IMG/VR virus record: IMGVR_UViG_3300006854_000019
Direction: 5' to 3' (one strand)
DNA length: 64,000 nucleotides
DNA from: a virus
In this document: positions 40,548-49,303 of the stretch, piece by piece
Layout: each line of letters starts with the position of its first letter
Position numbering within the stretch: the stretch's first letter is position 1
Made by a program: the position numbers and the translations under genes
Notes under the pieces: model-generated
Told to the model about the DNA's origin: nothing
The model's database searches: none
The model's input: the letters and a program-made list of their open reading frames with translations, nothing else

Positions 40548-41254
40548 ATAAGGAAGATCTCATCAACGCACTGCTAGAGCTCGTCGATCGCGAAGCACAG
40601 AAGCGGCTTATGGGGAAGGCCGAGCGGCAGGAGGGGCCCGAAGACTGCGTCTGTGGGCATCAAGATGCCGAGCACACTCGCGAGCCAATGAACGTGAATC
40701 GATTGGGTCCCTGTGCACGGTGTGTCTGCGTGCGGTTTACCCCGGAGTCTAGCGAAGGGAAGGCGGCACGCTGCGTCTGTGGGCATCGGGACGCCGAGCA
40801 CGCCCGTGACCTAATGAAGGTGAATCGATTGGGTCCCTGTGCACGGTGTGTCTGCGTGCGGTTTACCCCGGAGTCTAGCGAAGGGAAGGCGGCACGCTTT
40901 GCGACCTTGATCCGCGAAGCCCGCGACGATCTCGATGCGGTAGAGCGTCACCACGGTGGAAAGCACCGCGCCGACCCAAACGTTATGCGCCGCCTGATAG
41001 ACGCGCTTGATGTGGTCATGGCCCAGCGAAACCTGGCCATGAACGAAGTTAAGAAGCTCAACGGACAGCTGGGCGAGCTCAAGGGGCAGTTTAGAGAACT
41101 GGGAACGTTCTGCGACAGGCTGCTTTTCAGTCGCCGCGATGCGTACCAAGCTCTCAAGGAAGCCGAAGTCGAATGCTCGATGCCGGCCGCCGGCGCCGCT
41201 GCGATTGCGCGAGCGATGGAGCATCTGCTCGGGGAGAAGGAACCGAAGCCATGA
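40538..41254 (+). CDS. Cys/His-rich protein with a 42-aa tandem duplication and a C-terminal coiled coil (238 aa)
   Basis: GTG 40538; CVCGH(Q/R)DAEH...RLGPCARCVCVRFTPESSEGKAAR occurs twice. Confidence 0.7.
   Translation: MPIDKEDLINALLELVDREAQKRLMGKAERQEGPEDCVCGHQDAEHTREPMNVNRLGPCARCVCVRFTPESSEGKAARCVCGHRDAEHARDLMKVNRLGPCARCVCVRFTPESSEGKAARFATLIREARDDLDAVERHHGGKHRADPNVMRRLIDALDVVMAQRNLAMNEVKKLNGQLGELKGQFRELGTFCDRLLFSRRDAYQALKEAEVECSMPAAGAAAIARAMEHLLGEKEPKP
40645..40896 (+). repeat. 126-bp tandem duplication (2 copies) inside gene 40538..41254
   Basis: Unit starts CTGCGTCTGTGGGCATC at 40645 and again at 40771. The last ~80 nt of each unit (GAATCGATTGGGTCCCTGTGCACGGTGTGTCTGCGTGCGGTTTACCCCGGAGTCTAGCGAAGGGAAGGCGGCACGCT) appear identical by eye. 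Confidence 0.85.
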
Positions 41255-41394
41255 TCTGGCCCCTGTTCTTTGTAGCCCTGGTCCTTCTGGCCTATCTTCT
41301 GACGAGAATCGGCCTAGAGCCCGACACCGAATTGCACCGCGCCATCAAGCTCGACGCAAGCGGGGTGCGCCGCCGGAAGAAGGAAACGTTTTGA
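41251..41394 (+). CDS. small membrane protein (47 aa)
   Basis: ATGA overlap at 41251..41254; MIWPLFFVALVLLAYLLTRIG, then a basic tail. Confidence 0.55.
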   Translation: MIWPLFFVALVLLAYLLTRIGLEPDTELHRAIKLDASGVRRRKKETF

Positions 41395-41771
41395 TGGAGA
41401 CGACGACCTTTTTTCCACTGCACACCACGGTGGGTCTGGTGGTTGGCCTGATCGCAGCGCTTGCCGGCTTGCCGTATCTTCTAACCAACATACATGACCG
41501 GCTTGCGCAGGTAGCGACCGGGATCATCGCCGCGCTCGTAGCGACGATCCTCCTCGTCGCCCTGGGCGAAAGCTGGGCCGCGAAAAGCGAGATCAGGCAG
41601 ACCATCGGTGTGTGCGCGCTTTACGGCGTTCCGATCGCCGCCGGCATCTACGCCGCAGCCGCGCACACCCTTTTCACCACGGCCTTCTGGCGATGGCACG
41701 ATCGGCGCCGGCTCCGAAAGGAATCAGAGCCCGTGTGCCCGGAGTGCAAGCGCCGGAGCGCGTACCGGTGA
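41394..41771 (+). CDS. multi-pass membrane protein (125 aa)
   Basis: TGATG junction at 41392..41396; three or four hydrophobic helices; C-terminal CPECKRR. Confidence 0.65.
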   Translation: METTTFFPLHTTVGLVVGLIAALAGLPYLLTNIHDRLAQVATGIIAALVATILLVALGESWAAKSEIRQTIGVCALYGVPIAAGIYAAAAHTLFTTAFWRWHDRRRLRKESEPVCPECKRRSAYR

Positions 41772-41857
41772 CCCGCCCAAAGTTTCTGCGCCGCCCCGAC
41801 TCCATCGTGTTCATAGCGAGCCGGTGGCGCAGAAATCCACGCGATCTTGGAGGAAGC

Positions 41858-42100
41858 ATGAAAACGATCACCATGATTCACAGAGGCGGCTTCAAGCGTT
41901 CGGTCGAAGTGCTGAAGGTCACCGAAGCGATCATCTACATCCACTGGCCGATCGCCGGCACCTACGAGGTCGACCTCTTCACCGGAAAAATGATCGGGGA
42001 TCCGGAGTCGCCGCCCAGGCGCGCCCAGAAAAACTACCTCGACTGGGAAGCCGATGCGCGGGACCTGGCAGCGGCGCGGCGTGAAGCTTCGGCGGCGTGA
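41858..42100 (+). CDS. hypothetical protein (80 aa)
   Basis: GGAGGA RBS 4 nt upstream of ATG 41858 (MKTITMIHRGG). Confidence 0.6.
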   Translation: MKTITMIHRGGFKRSVEVLKVTEAIIYIHWPIAGTYEVDLFTGKMIGDPESPPRRAQKNYLDWEADARDLAAARREASAA

Positions 42101-42125
42101 AGGGCGGGAAGGAAAGGGAAGAAGA

Positions 42126-42461
42126 ATGGTTGCGACAGCGAGGGTTCAGACGGAAGCGGACCGCTTGCAGATAGCGGTCGGATCAATGGAGCTCCCCGCG
42201 TTTTGCATGGGGCTACTCGTGTACGGTGCCCGAAAACATCTGCTCAGTCCGACGCTTGCCGGGCGCTGGGCTGAGGCGGCGTACTGGGCTGCGAACTCGA
42301 TGAACGCGTTGGCGGAGCACCTCAGATCGATCACAGCCGGAGAAGTTGCCGATGCCCTCTGGTACCGCCGCCTGGCAGAAGCCTGCGCCGAGCGAGGCGT
42401 GACCCGGCTTCAGGCCTACGAAGAGATACTGGCCGAGGACAACCCGGGCCCGAGCGAATAG
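42126..42461 (+). CDS. hypothetical protein (111 aa)
   Basis: ATG 42126 after a purine-rich RBS region. Confidence 0.6.
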   Translation: MVATARVQTEADRLQIAVGSMELPAFCMGLLVYGARKHLLSPTLAGRWAEAAYWAANSMNALAEHLRSITAGEVADALWYRRLAEACAERGVTRLQAYEEILAEDNPGPSE

Positions 42462-42667
42462 TGGGGCGCCCGCGAAAGACACCGGCATCCACGTTGTCCG
42501 AAATCCACGTGTATGTGGACGAGGAGCGCTGGGCGCGCGTGAAGAAGATCTCCGAACAGACCGGAGTCCCCGCGTCCGAGCTCGTGCGCCAAGCGCTCGA
42601 CACCGTGCTCGATATTGCAGAAAAGCAAATGGACACACTAGAAAAACTCCAAGTGAAGCCGTGCTGA
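42461..42667 (+). CDS. ribbon-helix-helix (CopG-like) DNA-binding protein (68 aa)
   Basis: GTG 42461; SEIHVYVDEERWARVKKISEQTGVPASELVRQALDTVL = strand-helix-helix. Confidence 0.55.
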   Translation: MGRPRKTPASTLSEIHVYVDEERWARVKKISEQTGVPASELVRQALDTVLDIAEKQMDTLEKLQVKPC

Positions 42668-42900
42668 ACCTCAACATCACGGTCATGGTGTATCGGGAGT
42701 ACACCGAAGAATTCAAGCAGCTCGCCACGCAGCTGATGCTCAGGCTCGACCACGAGACCGTGCTCATGATCCAGCTCAGCGGCCGGCTTCGGATCTCTCT
42801 CGAACGCGACGAGCCGGCGACCACCCTGCGCGTCGTCGATCGCCTGCTCGACCTCACTACCGAACCGCGCCGGCTAGTGCTGATTACGGTGATCGAATGA
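42661..42900 (+). CDS. hypothetical protein (79 aa)
   Basis: GTG 42661 overlapping the previous gene; ends in ATGA overlap with ruvC. Confidence 0.55.
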   Translation: MLNLNITVMVYREYTEEFKQLATQLMLRLDHETVLMIQLSGRLRISLERDEPATTLRVVDRLLDLTTEPRRLVLITVIE

Positions 42901-43427
42901 ATTCCCCGACAGTCGTCATCGGCATCGATCCCGGTCTCGTCTGCCCCGGCCTGGCGCTGATCTTAGGCGGCGATCTATCGCTCACCTGCTCGTACAAACC
43001 GAACCGGAAGCTAGCGCTGGCAGACAGACTCCGCGTGATCAGTGATTGCTTCGCCAAGGAGATCCTGACGCACAAGCCAGACGCGGTGGCCATCGAAGAA
43101 CAGCGTTTCGTGCAGGTCGGCAAGCGCGCGCGCGGGCAAATGGGCGAGCACAACTCGAAAACACTTATCGTCGTCGGTATCGCTGTGGCGCTCGCGTCAG
43201 TGGTCGGTGCAGAAGTCCTGTTCATCCCGCCCCAGAAGGCGAAGATCGCGGCCCTGGGCAAAGGCTACGGCAACGCATCGAAGGGCGCCGTACAGGTCGC
43301 GCTCCGCAGCTTGTTCCGGAAAGTACAATTCGAGGATGAAGCGCAGGCTGATGCCGCCGCCATCGCCATCGCCGGCTACAGGATGATGGGGCTTCCGAAG
43401 GAGCTCCGGCAGAAGGCCAGGCGATGA
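42897..43427 (+). CDS. ruvC: RuvC-family Holliday junction resolvase (176 aa)
   Basis: VVIGIDPGL (Asp 1), AVAIEEQRF (Glu), EDEAQADAAAIAIAGY (Asp/Asp region): all catalytic positions are present. Confidence 0.8.
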   Translation: MNSPTVVIGIDPGLVCPGLALILGGDLSLTCSYKPNRKLALADRLRVISDCFAKEILTHKPDAVAIEEQRFVQVGKRARGQMGEHNSKTLIVVGIAVALASVVGAEVLFIPPQKAKIAALGKGYGNASKGAVQVALRSLFRKVQFEDEAQADAAAIAIAGYRMMGLPKELRQKARR

Positions 43428-43849
43428 CCGACGAAAAGAAGCCCGTCGCCCCCGCGCTGGCCCGCGAGGCAATGCGTAACCTGTGGGCGCATCTGTGGAT
43501 GCTGCACCGGTTTGGATTTGCGGAAAAGGACTGCAAAGCAGGATACGTAGAAAGTGAGCAGGGCTTTGGGATCATCGTCAGCCAGGGCACTTCCGTGTTC
43601 AAATTCATCATCGAACCCGCCGTCGAGCTCACCGACGAGGAGGAAAAGGCGTACCAGAACAGCTTTTACGAAGAGCTAACCAAGCTTTCGGCAGAAGGGG
43701 TGATGGAGTTTCTGGACCAGTCAGGCATCGTTGACACAGCCGAGTCACTCGCCGTCGCCATGACCGATGCTGGACTCAGGATCCCGAGCGATGAAGTTCG
43801 CGGCTTGGCGGAAGAGCGAATCAAGGAGCGCGATGCCAACGCTAACTAG
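43424..43849 (+). CDS. hypothetical protein (141 aa)
   Basis: ATGA overlap at 43424..43427. Confidence 0.65.
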   Translation: MTDEKKPVAPALAREAMRNLWAHLWMLHRFGFAEKDCKAGYVESEQGFGIIVSQGTSVFKFIIEPAVELTDEEEKAYQNSFYEELTKLSAEGVMEFLDQSGIVDTAESLAVAMTDAGLRIPSDEVRGLAEERIKERDANAN

Positions 43850-44273
43850 CTCGCGCACGCCTTGCGATGGCGTCGTGGATTCGATCTGGGTCTGCCGCCA
43901 CAAGTCGAGCAGGGAGTGGCAGATCATCGTGCACCAGCGGAACGCCTTCTACGCCCGCGCCGAAGCGCAGCTTCACATGCACTGCGGCTATGATGAAGTG
44001 GAGCTCGTCGCCCATTCGGTCTGGGTGAGCCAGGGCAAACCACCGTGGGTGGGCCATGTCGTGATCGAAGGCATCGGCGCGCCGGTCACCGGCTCGGGCA
44101 CGAAAGCAAAGAAAAGCGAGTGCCCGACCTGCAAGTCGTTCATCAGAAAAGTGCGGCGCCTATTCGAGTGTACGGATGCGTGGCACCGGGGCCCGACGGT
44201 GTGCCTCACGCCCGCCGAGATGTCGGACGATCACATGCGAGCCTGGTGGGGAAGGTACGAAGCACAGAAATGA
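43833..44273 (+). CDS. hypothetical protein (146 aa), paralogue of the next gene
   Basis: Internal ATG 43833; shares VVIEG(I/V)G(A/I)PV(T/I)G and the C-terminal AWW motif with 44270..44608. Confidence 0.6.
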   Translation: MPTLTSSRTPCDGVVDSIWVCRHKSSREWQIIVHQRNAFYARAEAQLHMHCGYDEVELVAHSVWVSQGKPPWVGHVVIEGIGAPVTGSGTKAKKSECPTCKSFIRKVRRLFECTDAWHRGPTVCLTPAEMSDDHMRAWWGRYEAQK

Positions 44274-44608
44274 ACAAAACCATCAGCGAAGGCCGGGTCG
44301 TGATCGAAGGTGTCGGCATCCCGGTAATCGGCTACGAAGAGAACTACATCCAGTTCGAGGACGGCAGAGACATCGTCGCAATAGCAGATCTCACAGAAGC
44401 CGCCGGCGCTGATTCCATCGATTGGGAACACGCGACCGGCTTCGAGTACGCAGGAGATGACCACTGGGCCGAACCCCGTGCGGAGTTTCGCGCGAAGACA
44501 GGCCGCGCCCTGCCGCGCGTCTACCGGATGAAGTTCACCTGCGAGGTCGAGGCGCTGAGCGAAGCCGATACCGAAGCCTGGTGGAAGAAACAACAGAGGC
44601 CCACATGA
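44270..44608 (+). CDS. hypothetical protein (112 aa)
   Basis: ATGA overlap at 44270..44273; MNKTISEGRVVIEGVGIPVIG. Confidence 0.6.
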   Translation: MNKTISEGRVVIEGVGIPVIGYEENYIQFEDGRDIVAIADLTEAAGADSIDWEHATGFEYAGDDHWAEPRAEFRAKTGRALPRVYRMKFTCEVEALSEADTEAWWKKQQRPT

Positions 44609-44994
44609 GTGACTACGAAGGACGGGAATGCGCCTGCGAAGGCTGTAGCAAGATAGAGGCCTGCGCCCAGCACCGGCAGGGCCCTTGGCTCTGCTACGAC
44701 TGCTGGCACGCGGCGCGCGAGAAGGAAGAGCCGTTCAACGTGGTCTGGCAGGTGGACGGTATGATCTGCAACACCGACGGTGTTTACCTGAAGGAAGAAG
44801 CGGACGACTTCGCGCGCGAGCTGAACGAGCGGAACAAGACGACGCGCTACTACGCCCATCCCGCGCATTCGTGGGTCGGCGAGCGGATGGCGCACCCGGG
44901 CTACATGCAGCGGCGCCGGCGCGCGATCTTCGCCAAGCATCCTGAGCTCAAAACGGACCCGCACTTCGGGTTCACGCCGGGCAAGGACGGGTAG
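44605..44994 (+). CDS. Cys-rich hypothetical protein (129 aa)
   Basis: ATGA overlap at 44605..44608; CACEGCSKIEACAQH...CYDCWH. Confidence 0.6.
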   Translation: MSDYEGRECACEGCSKIEACAQHRQGPWLCYDCWHAAREKEEPFNVVWQVDGMICNTDGVYLKEEADDFARELNERNKTTRYYAHPAHSWVGERMAHPGYMQRRRRAIFAKHPELKTDPHFGFTPGKDG

Positions 44995-45000
44995 CAGCAA

Positions 45001-45267
45001 ATGAGCGACGGCATATCCGACGCCCATGAAGAAAGCGACCTAGCCCGTGCGATCTGGGAGGCAGCGTTCCACTTTCGCGAAGCCACCTCAAAGCTCGGCC
45101 GTGCCATCAGGCGCGCCAGAAACGGCCATCGCGGCTGGGCGATCGCCAGGGTTTTCATCGTGCGCGAAACGAACGAGGCGCTTCAGAGCACAGGCTTCAA
45201 GCTAGTCGATGCCGATCCCCAAAAAGCGTTCGAGTACTACCCCGACGCCTACGGACCCGACGAATGA
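45001..45267 (+). CDS. hypothetical protein (88 aa)
   Basis: ATG 45001; ATGA overlap with the next gene. Confidence 0.6.
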   Translation: MSDGISDAHEESDLARAIWEAAFHFREATSKLGRAIRRARNGHRGWAIARVFIVRETNEALQSTGFKLVDADPQKAFEYYPDAYGPDE

Positions 45268-45533
45268 ACGACGTGGCCATTGTCACGGTTGCCGCGGTCC
45301 TGAACATCATAATCATCACCGCTGCTGGTCTCTGGTACTTCGCGCAGACGCGCGTGGAGATGGTGATTCTCGAGAAGCGCATGAACGACAAGCTCGCCGA
45401 CCTGGAGAAGAAAAACGAACAGCTCCGGTTCTTGTACAATGAGGTCGCAGCCAAGGTCCTGCACAACGACCATCAGTACTCGGCCTGGCTCCTGCCCGCC
45501 TACGTGAAGAAGACCAAGCGCACCCTTAACTAG
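45264..45533 (+). CDS. N-terminally anchored small coiled-coil membrane protein (89 aa)
   Basis: VAIVTVAAVLNIIIITAAGLWYF helix, then KRMNDKLADLEKKNEQLRFLYNEV. Confidence 0.65.
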   Translation: MNDVAIVTVAAVLNIIIITAAGLWYFAQTRVEMVILEKRMNDKLADLEKKNEQLRFLYNEVAAKVLHNDHQYSAWLLPAYVKKTKRTLN

Positions 45534-45542
45534 GAGCACACG

Positions 45543-46214
45543 ATGGGAACTAGACTGGACACGGCGAAGGGCGCCGAGCTCGACGAGCTTGGGAAAACGA
45601 TCGGCCGCCAGAGGCTCTCCATTTCATTTGGCACGACGGTGAATTCCGTGGCCGCGATCGCGGGCGAGCCCCAAATCGATGACGCCTATCGTGCGCGTCT
45701 GCGTGACGTGTGGCCCCGCGATCGCACGAACAGACTGCTCTACGTTGGCGACAGGATCCGCCTGGACGACCTCACCGCCGGACCGATCCGGGAGTTCCGG
45801 CAATGGGGCAGATACTGGGTAGCCATTCTGCACAACGATCGGTACGTCTACACGCACCTCGCCCGCTGCGACACAGAAGAGCATGAGGACGCGCCGGTTA
45901 CCGAGGCGTCGAAGCCCCCGGCGCCGCCGCCCCCCGACGCGCATGCAGAAAAGAAAGTCTGGGAGCGGATGCGCCACGATCGACTCACCAGATGGCAAGA
46001 AGAGCTCAACTGGCTCACGAGCAAGCTGCCCGCCGGCTGGCGCATGATCTTCGATACCCGCGGCCACTTCTCGCACCCGATCGCCGTCGTGATCGAGCCA
46101 AGCGGCAAGGAATGGACGGTCTTCGAGGACAACCCGACGGGCGACGATCTGATCCTGATTCTCCGGCGCCACATCGAGCTCACCGAAGCCGCCCGCGCTC
46201 GAAAGAAGCGCTGA
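45543..46214 (+). CDS. member A of a three-gene paralogue family (223 aa)
   Basis: N-terminal GAELDELGKTIGRQR...DDAYRARLRDVWP and C-terminal LPAGWRMIFD modules, shared with 49304..50572 and 58769..59827. Confidence 0.7.
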   Translation: MGTRLDTAKGAELDELGKTIGRQRLSISFGTTVNSVAAIAGEPQIDDAYRARLRDVWPRDRTNRLLYVGDRIRLDDLTAGPIREFRQWGRYWVAILHNDRYVYTHLARCDTEEHEDAPVTEASKPPAPPPPDAHAEKKVWERMRHDRLTRWQEELNWLTSKLPAGWRMIFDTRGHFSHPIAVVIEPSGKEWTVFEDNPTGDDLILILRRHIELTEAARARKKR

Positions 46215-46633
46215 TGTCACTCCTGAACTGGTCGGAGCTGATTCTAGCCCCGGGCGGCGAACCCACCATCATCGACATCCCGCTGTCCCCCGGTGGCGTT
46301 GAGGTCGAGATCTACAAGAACTGGGTCAGTGTGCGCGATCGTAGTGCATGGCGCGAGGGTACGTTCGTATACCCTGTCGTCATGCAGATCGTGCGCGGCG
46401 AAGTCATGTACATGGACGCGCGCATCATCGCCGAACGCGGACCCCAGAATGGCGTGTATGCCGCCGTCTGGTACGCAGGGGAAGCCGCATTCGCCGGGTG
46501 CGGGGTCGAACGGTACCGGGATCACGATGGCGCCGAGATCGGCATATCGGACGAGGCGCGGGGCTTTCTCTTGGGCTTCGCCGAGCGCTACGATTTCCCA
46601 ATCGATTCGGCTTCGGCCGCAAACCCGGCCTAA
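46214..46633 (+). CDS. hypothetical protein (139 aa)
   Basis: TGATG junction at 46212..46216; MSLLNWSELILAPGG. Confidence 0.65.
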   Translation: MSLLNWSELILAPGGEPTIIDIPLSPGGVEVEIYKNWVSVRDRSAWREGTFVYPVVMQIVRGEVMYMDARIIAERGPQNGVYAAVWYAGEAAFAGCGVERYRDHDGAEIGISDEARGFLLGFAERYDFPIDSASAANPA

Positions 46634-46672
46634 AACTCGACACTCGCTAGCCCCGCCCGGTACCCTTCCCGG

Positions 46673-47812
46673 GTGGCGACCGACATCATCATTTCGGCGT
46701 TCGCGACCCCGCCCCAATCCAGGGCCCGCGCCATCGCCCAGCCGACGAACCTTTTCTCCCACGCTCCGGTAGTCCTGGACGTGAACGGCATCGGCAGCGA
46801 TGTGTTCATGGGTCCAAGCGACACGGAGAAAAAGCCGCGCGAGCCGTGGGGCGGATCCCCTTTCAGCCGCGAAGCGGCGATGTACCGCGCGAAGGGCGAC
46901 GGCAGCGTGCTTCAGGGGATCTTGCGCACCAAGGCCCGCGGCATCGAACCCCGCCGGATCTGCGCGATCGGATTTTCCGCCGGTGGCACGTTCATCAAAA
47001 ACCTGGTGGAAAGCGAGCAGGACAGAAGCGCGCTCGACATGGTGATGATGCTCGACGCGTTGAACCTGCCGAAAGCCTGGAACGGCGATCAGATCCCATC
47101 GACCCTCACCGGTTACGCGAACTTCGGCGCCAATGCGCTCCTTGCCGGCGTGCGCGCCGCGCGCGGCACCGACAACAAGGATCCTTTTCTCGGCCCCACA
47201 TTCATCACGTCGCATACGAACATCAAGCAATCCTCCGCGCTCGAGGCCCAGGTTGCGAACACGACGCTTGCCAGCGAATGGGTCTTCAACGCGAGCCTTG
47301 ACGTGCTCCGCGGCTGGCAGGAGTCCGGCCACGTCGAGCTCGGCGGGATCAAGACGATCAACGTCGACTGGGCCCAGATGACCCAGTCCCTCCCAGCAGG
47401 CGCCTTCCCGGTCACGATCGGCGATCGGCCGGACAGCGCCGGCAACCGCCCCTGGGCCACGACACCGGGTCCCACGAAAACCTGGAAGGAAATGCCCTTC
47501 CCGAACGTACGGGTCGCCGCCGGCAACTTCTACGATTTCGACTACGGCGGAAACGTGGCCGCCGATCACGTCTTCGAGGCCTGGCACGTCCAGGGCGCGC
47601 TGTGGCGCACGTTCCTGATTCCCCGCTGGAACGCCGAATTTAACAGCCCGTACGCCGTAGCAGGCCTGGGCGACTGGTCAACCTGCTGCCCCGGGCGCGG
47701 CGGAAACCTCCTTCCCCCTGGCTACTTCGACACCGGCATGTCGACCCTGAAGCTAGCCGCCATCGGCGCCCTGGGCTTTCTGGCCGGCAAATCGATCGTC
47801 GAGCTTCTCTGA
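46673..47812 (+). CDS. alpha/beta-hydrolase-like (serine esterase) protein with a C-terminal membrane anchor (379 aa)
   Basis: RICAIGFSAGGTFI = G-x-S-x-G nucleophile elbow after a beta strand; C-terminus LKLAAIGALGFLAGKSIVELL. GTG 46673 start is uncertain. Confidence 0.55.
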   Translation: MATDIIISAFATPPQSRARAIAQPTNLFSHAPVVLDVNGIGSDVFMGPSDTEKKPREPWGGSPFSREAAMYRAKGDGSVLQGILRTKARGIEPRRICAIGFSAGGTFIKNLVESEQDRSALDMVMMLDALNLPKAWNGDQIPSTLTGYANFGANALLAGVRAARGTDNKDPFLGPTFITSHTNIKQSSALEAQVANTTLASEWVFNASLDVLRGWQESGHVELGGIKTINVDWAQMTQSLPAGAFPVTIGDRPDSAGNRPWATTPGPTKTWKEMPFPNVRVAAGNFYDFDYGGNVAADHVFEAWHVQGALWRTFLIPRWNAEFNSPYAVAGLGDWSTCCPGRGGNLLPPGYFDTGMSTLKLAAIGALGFLAGKSIVELL

Positions 47813-47816
47813 CCCA

Positions 47817-47848
47817 GGGGAAGAATCCCGCCACCCCCACGTAGGAAA
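47817..47848 (+). promoter_or_regulatory. conserved intergenic element GGGGAAGAATCCC...CACGTAGGAAA (copy 1)
   Basis: Same two blocks recur at 48214..48240. Both sit between a stop codon and the next ATG. Confidence 0.3.
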
Positions 47849-47855
47849 TCAAGCC

Positions 47856-48209
47856 ATGAACGCCGCCGACTTTTTCTACAAGTACGCCGGATACAGTTAT
47901 CCGACTGGCGCGACGCGCGCGAAAAAGGAAAGCGCTCGCCGCGCCGCCGCCCGCAAGCTCGCACGGGCCGAAGCGCGCGCAGTGGCGGAGGGCTACCGGT
48001 TCGAGTGGGAAGAGGATCCCGAGGGTTGGGATAACCTTGGCGATGTCGATCCCGAAGAGATCACCGAGGTGCTTTCGGTGGTGATGTTCGATGGCGACGG
48101 CGAAGTTGTGCAGGCCCTGGGCGGCGTCCAGTTCGGGAGAAATCAGGTTGACAACAGACGCACCGCCCGTGTGATCGAGGCCGAACTCGCGCTCGAACAC
48201 TTCGGTTGA
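47856..48209 (+). CDS. hypothetical protein (117 aa)
   Basis: ATG 47856 downstream of the conserved intergenic element. Confidence 0.65.
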   Translation: MNAADFFYKYAGYSYPTGATRAKKESARRAAARKLARAEARAVAEGYRFEWEEDPEGWDNLGDVDPEEITEVLSVVMFDGDGEVVQALGGVQFGRNQVDNRRTARVIEAELALEHFG

Positions 48210-48213
48210 TCGA

Positions 48214-48240
48214 GGGGAAGAATCCCCCACACGTAGGAAA
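48214..48240 (+). promoter_or_regulatory. conserved intergenic element GGGGAAGAATCCC...CACGTAGGAAA (copy 2)
   Basis: GGGGAAGAATCCCC can fold as a 5-bp stem with an AGAA loop; spacing between the two blocks is 5 nt shorter than in copy 1. Confidence 0.3.
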
Positions 48241-48250
48241 GAACACGAAC

Positions 48251-49207
48251 ATGGCCCGCGACGAAGCCGACGAGATCCCGATTGCGAATGCGTCTGACTT
48301 GTCCTTCGAGTCGGGCCTTTACCTCCTCACCTTCGGCGCCTACGGGACGACCAAGGTATTCGTGTGGGCCGACAGCGTGGAAGTCGCATTCGAGGTGGCC
48401 GCCGAATGGCTCGACGACAACGCCCCCGGCCACCTGGTGAGCATCGACGAAGAGGAGCTCAAGGCCGCCGCCAAGGATCTTGGCATCCCGTGGAATCCGA
48501 AGTGGATCGGACCGGACGGCAATGACGATCGGGATTTCCAGAAAGTCATCGAGCACGCCGAAGCCGACCTCACCCAGATCGGCCACACCACGCTGCAGCA
48601 CGGCCAGTACGTGCTGAGCTACGAGTGGTGGGTAGACGAGGTCGACGCGGGCACCGACGACTACCGGATCGTGAAGGCCCGGTCGTACACCGAATACCCG
48701 GAAGGGATCCGTAGCGACATCGAAGCCGAGCTTACCCGCATGGCCAATGACGCTGCAGTCGTTGCCCTGTCCACGGTGGACGACATGACCGTGCAAGAAA
48801 TCGGGAGTCGCGAAGATGAGTTCTCGATCGTGGGCGTAGCCGAAGCCGGCGATGCACTTGCGGTCGATGGCGACATCCTGATCCCCCGCCGCTGGCAGGA
48901 GCGACTCGGCCTTCCTGGCAGCCAATCCGCCGAGCTCTTCGGCGATGTAACGAGCTCCGCCGCCGTTGGTCACTGGCTCCGCGAGAACGGCTACGAAGAA
49001 ACGCGCTACGGCGGTGATGTGCCGGGCGGCATCGAAGAAGAGATCCCGATCGAGCACGTGGCCCGCGCCCTCGCCAAAGAGAAGGACATCCCCGAAGAGT
49101 TCGCAGCGGACGCAATCCGCGCCGCGCTGAAGCTAAAACCCGACGCCGAGCTCGTCTACTGGGGCTCCTCGAACGCCTACACGTCCGTTTACGTGAAGCA
49201 GCTCTGA
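48251..49207 (+). CDS. acidic hypothetical protein (318 aa)
   Basis: Internal ATG 48251 (MARDEADEIPIAN) downstream of the second copy of the intergenic element. Confidence 0.7.
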   Translation: MARDEADEIPIANASDLSFESGLYLLTFGAYGTTKVFVWADSVEVAFEVAAEWLDDNAPGHLVSIDEEELKAAAKDLGIPWNPKWIGPDGNDDRDFQKVIEHAEADLTQIGHTTLQHGQYVLSYEWWVDEVDAGTDDYRIVKARSYTEYPEGIRSDIEAELTRMANDAAVVALSTVDDMTVQEIGSREDEFSIVGVAEAGDALAVDGDILIPRRWQERLGLPGSQSAELFGDVTSSAAVGHWLRENGYEETRYGGDVPGGIEEEIPIEHVARALAKEKDIPEEFAADAIRAALKLKPDAELVYWGSSNAYTSVYVKQL

Positions 49208-49223
49208 GCTTCACCGCACCCGA

Positions 49224-49253
49224 TTGACACGCCGGTGCTGTCAGTGATAGCAC
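49224..49253 (+). promoter_or_regulatory. promoter-like motif TTGACA-N18-TAGCAC (with TG extension)
   Basis: TTGACA 49224..49229; TGATAGCAC with -10 at 49248..49253; about 50 nt upstream of ATG 49304. Confidence 0.4.
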
Positions 49254-49303
49254 TGATGGCGTTCGTTCCGAATCCCGCCCGCGCCGGGGAAAGGTCGACC
49301 TGC

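Noticed and set aside
41772-41857. AGTTTCTGCGCC ... TAGCGA in the 86-nt gap, considered as a ninth promoter copy
   Set aside because: The spacing between the two halves is 21 nt instead of 16-18, and the -35 hexamer is poor. This is too weak to call.
48791-48803. Antisense copy of CGATTTCTTGCAC inside gene 48251..49207
   Set aside because: Only the -35/ATTTC half of the promoter motif is present. No TAG-type -10 follows at 16-18 nt, so it is probably a chance match.
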